The position numbers and the translations under genes are program-made. A stretch of DNA of 63,614 bases, counting the filler, from Sphacelaria rigidula (lineage: Eukaryota), in the NCBI GenBank assembly GCA_964200075.2. It is 6 parts of 6 records of this genome, joined end to end, with 100 filler letters (N's around TTAATTAATTAA, not from the genome) between each part and the next. Parts side by side here need not be neighbours in the genome. Positions count along the whole stretch, not along the records: positions 53,097 to 63,614 come from CAXNAA020006351.1; 5 more parts are not named here. One strand, 5' to 3'. The notes beneath the pieces were generated by a model. It ran no database searches. It saw only the letters and a program-made list of their open reading frames with translations, and was not told where the DNA came from. Below are positions 60,242 through 63,614 of the stretch, in pieces (position 1 is the first letter of the stretch; every line of letters begins with the position of its first letter).

Positions 60242-61959
60242 AATTCATCCAACTATCACGATCAACCCTGAGTGGCGTGCCACTTACTTGAAACTAATAG
60301 ACTTTTGGCGAGCGCCTGTCCGGAAGCACCAGATACGGAGATTGCAGGATAACTTTCCTGCCGTCATGTACTTCCAAGTGAGCTGTAAAACAACTGTTGT
60401 CACTGGATGCGGCGCCATCACTCACGAGGTCTAGTCCAAACTTTTAACGAACACTTTGATGATCGTACGGTTCAGCACTCGAATGCATTCCGCAGAGTCA
60501 GTCAATGTCGATGATATCCCTCGGCTAGGTACCACACAACTACCTTCAGGCCGGTTGCAAACACCAGATTCACGAGAGATGGGTGGCAAAGAAAGAGGGT
60601 GTACTTCAACCATCTGTACTCCTAGGTATCAGGGGGCGTACAATTCAAACATCCATCTAGTGTGCTCCACTCAATCCTGACATTTTCTATGCGAGGAGCA
60701 GTCGCACCATCAATATAGTGGTCCATCGATCATGTCATATTCACGTTTGACTCGAGTTTCTGCTTGTGAGTTAGACGTTGTGGTGAGCAATGATCACCTC
60801 CAACCATATCGAATTCCAGTCTAGACACTACTCGTGTATCCGCATGCACTGCTACCGACCCAAACTTCCATTCATGGACAGATCGACGGTGGAAAAAAGC
60901 AAGGTACTTTTAATGCGTTTACCTGCACGTGGCCGTACAGGGTGACGCGACTGTCTGTCGTGAACGATGCTTCACTGGTATTTTCCAAGGGTCTGGCAGA
61001 AGAGATCGTAGAATACCTTCTTTTCTTCAAGGTGAAAGGACCTTCCGAAGTATCTGAAAAAGTGGTTGGACCGTCAAGCGGAGGACAACTCTCCAACGGT
61101 CGGACGAGTCACCGCCGGTTTGAATAACCAAACCTACGACTCCTGAGGCCTGTCCTGAACTCGCTTTGAGGGTGCTGTAGCCAAATGATACCAAGCCGTA
61201 AGGTTTCAGTATCATCGCATGCATGGTTGGAGCAATTGCAGGGGGCAGGGGATCCTAGATTGACCGCCCTTTTCCCTATGGCCCCTTGCTGTCTGGCTCG
61301 TAATCTGTTGAGGATCACTCCGTGATAATAGCAACTCAGAATAAAGGACTTGTCGAGCACGTGGCAAGTGATACTGGAGGAGTCCCTTGCTGAAAGTCTT
61401 TTTGCCCAGATCGTCTGGCAGAGTCTATGGGCCTGACTGCTCGAAAGAGAGAAAACAAATGAGCGGCGGATCAAAAACAAGTATCTAGGCAATTTTGTGC
61501 GATTCCGCGTGCCTGAGTGCGTGTATCTGGGGCGCAATGCTGAGAACACAGCACAAGCATTGATTCTTACCGCACGAATCAACTACACTACAACGAAGTT
61601 TATTCTCAGATGAGCCATTATTCGTCAGACCCTTGGAAGTCTAATCAATCGCCATCAATACATTCCCAATGTATTCACGGTGTGAAGAAGAAACATGCCG
61701 CCAGCATTTGTTCTCAATAGACTCGCTTCCCCACATCTCAAGCCATAAGAATGCTTCGATTGAGGAGCCCCCAAACGATGCAGGTGAATTTCTTCCAGCT
61801 GTTTATCCGGGCTTTGGCTTTTAGGAGATATATGGCAGTAATTTTCCTCCAAGTGCTGGATCACTCGATACCTTGTCGGTTGAACAAGATACAGCCACGT
61901 GATTGAAAGCTCACTTCAATTTCTCTAGTGAGACCCGCTCACCAGCGAACACCAAGCTG

Positions 61960-63039
61960 GTATTAGTCCAGCAGACTGGAGGTTATTCCGTGGCCCGTGG
62001 CGAAGGATATATATTTTTATTTTTTGTATTACTGGAGAGTGCCTTGACGTAGTCGACCCTATGATAGAGGGATCAGATGTAGAGTAAGCTCAGGCGGCAG
62101 CGCAGCAACACTCGACTACCTGTACCCGTGCGTCTGCATAGATCTATCCGCACATGTGCATGTTCCCTCAGTGTACCCGTTCACACGAACACCCCCTCTG
62201 AACCGGTATATCAGTCGTCGTGGCTTTCTCTCTCTCAAGAAAACAAAACGTTGTGAGGGGGAACCCGACCATCCAAGCAAAACCCCCCTCCCCTCAACAG
62301 CTTGTGCTCCATCTAGATAATCCATGGACGCCGGTCAAGGCAGATACACGACATGTCGGGAAACGCCTTACAAAACCCATGCCCCTCAAAGTAGCGTGGG
62401 TGGCTTAACCCGAAATACGCATAAATGCATCACTCAAACACCTGAAAATACCCGGCGCTAGCACAATGGTGCACACACAAGCAAACGTACCTACTTGACA
62501 CCTTCCAAGTTCATCAAGAAACGTCTGTGCCTCGTAAACAGGTTGATTGAGAGAGTCTTCGTCAAAATATCAACATGCTGCCATCCTGAGCCTAGATGTA
62601 CCACCCTGACCTTTCCCGTCTCCACCACCTCTCGAGTGAACTGATACCTCACGTGTATATGCTTGCTCCTTTCGGAACTGAGAGGATTCTCGGCCAGAGC
62701 TTTTGCTCCCTCGTTGTCCTCGTACAAAAGAATACCTTGGCTCCCCCCGCTTCCCGACACAGTCTGCGGTCGCAAGAACGTCAACACTGCCTTCACAAAC
62801 AGTCCCACCTTTGCTCCCTCGGGCATTGCAACATACTCTACCTCCGTCGTAGACAGAGTTACGCAGTGTTGCGTGCGGCTCGTTGCCGACACTACCACAC
62901 CACCGTACATCACGGCTACCCCTGATACCGAACGCCCATCCGTTTCCTTCTTGGCGTAATCTGCATCGCAGTAGACTGAGAGCCTATCATGAGCTTTCTT
63001 GAACGTAAGTCCAAACTCCTTCGTCTCACTGAGATACTT
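61960..63039 (-). mobile_element. Ty1/copia retrotransposon 3' part: RT end, RNase H, polypurine tract and 3' LTR
   Basis: YCDADYA, SRTQHCVTLSTTEVEYVAM, YEDNEGA, SERSKHIHVRY and DILTK motifs. Polypurine tract AGAGGGGG (62192-62199) directly before an LTR starting TGTT at 62191. Confidence 0.92.
62491..63039 (-). CDS. pol: Copia pol C-terminus (RT end plus RNase H)
   Basis: Open frame KYLSETKEFGLTFKKAHDRLSVYCDADYAKK... to the stop at 62491. Confidence 0.85.
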   Translation of the reverse strand, partial: KYLSETKEFGLTFKKAHDRLSVYCDADYAKKETDGRSVSGVAVMYGGVVVSATSRTQHCVTLSTTEVEYVAMPEGAKVGLFVKAVLTFLRPQTVSGSGGSQGILLYEDNEGAKALAENPLSSERSKHIHVRYQFTREVVETGKVRVVHLGSGWQHVDILTKTLSINLFTRHRRFLMNLEGVK

Positions 63040-63614
63040 TGTTCATGTGAACAGGTACACTGAGTGAACATGCACATGTGCGGATAGATTAATGCGGACG
63101 TGCGGGTACTGGTAGTCGAGTGTGTGTGTGACTACAGTCCCCCGCTCATGGCAGCTACCACGCTGCTTGCTGAGCTCACTCAACATCTGATCACTCCATC
63201 ATAGGGTCGACTCAGTCTGAAGACTCTCCAATAATACAAAAGATAAAACTATGTATCCTTCGTCACGGGCCACGGAATACACTAGTGTTACAATCGGTTG
63301 GGCAGAATGGCAAAACAGGGTGGTAGGCCTGCTACAGAAATCGGTGAGCAGGGTGTTATGGAGCAGTTGCGGGAAGTAAGTAGTCAGACGGTTTCCATGG
63401 CTCAGCTCATGCGTGATATGCAGCTAAGCCAAGCTACATAACAGAGTAACATGGGCAATATGAGGGCAGAAAGAGAGGCCGGGGGCGCAGAAAACAACGG
63501 CGTCCTCGATAGTGAAGGTTCCCATAGTCAACAGGGGGAATTCAACATAAAACAGGGTTGCCAGAAAAATGACAACGTATTTTGAAATGAGAATCAACCG
63601 CTCCCCGGGATTGT
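63040..63614 (+). mobile_element. Second, related copia element (5' LTR plus start of degenerate gag) inserted in opposite orientation
   Basis: TGTTCATGTGAACA...TGTTACA (63040-63292) is the inverted homolog of the LTR at about 61985-62191. It is followed by PBS-like GGTTGGGCAG and ATG 63307 MAKQGGRPATEIGEQGVMEQLREV. Confidence 0.75.

Noticed and set aside
61655..61864. Tyrosine recombinase suggested by minus-strand YGLRCGEASLL and YTHSGTR
   Set aside because: The motifs are in different broken frames, and the cross-contig homology indicates the plus strand is the coding one. A chance match is likely.

Overview
Eukaryotic nuclear DNA, most likely a brown alga (Phaeophyceae, Ectocarpus-like). 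That assignment is inferred from intron-rich genes, roughly balanced GC, TTAGGG-type repeats and the repeat landscape. The window is not one locus. It is six size-sorted contigs (10520, 10520, 10520, 10518, 10518, 10518 bp) joined by identical 100-nt N/TTAATTAATTAA/N linkers, so adjacency across the linkers carries no information. Well-supported host genes: the 3' nine exons of DNA ligase I (minus strand, 11977-20162), an apparently complete six-exon cytoplasmic dynein-1 light intermediate chain (plus strand, 35117-38438), and the first exon of a secreted LNR/Notch-repeat protein (minus strand, 8064-8223). The LIG1 and DLIC models each need a GC-AG intron. The rest is repeat-rich. It contains a decayed Ty3/gypsy element, a frameshifted RTE-like LINE, two oppositely oriented nested Ty1/copia elements, two tRNA-derived SINE families and many long fold-back MITEs (Tc1/mariner-, Harbinger- and Mutator-type, some nested). 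It also has microsatellites, an interstitial telomere-like tract and several long degenerate coding stretches that cannot be classified by eye. The best leads for something undescribed are an unknown protein segment shared by two contigs (one copy directly upstream of a gypsy gag), an array of five related hairpins, and a decayed element with a duplicated His/Cys module. None of these is established from sequence alone.
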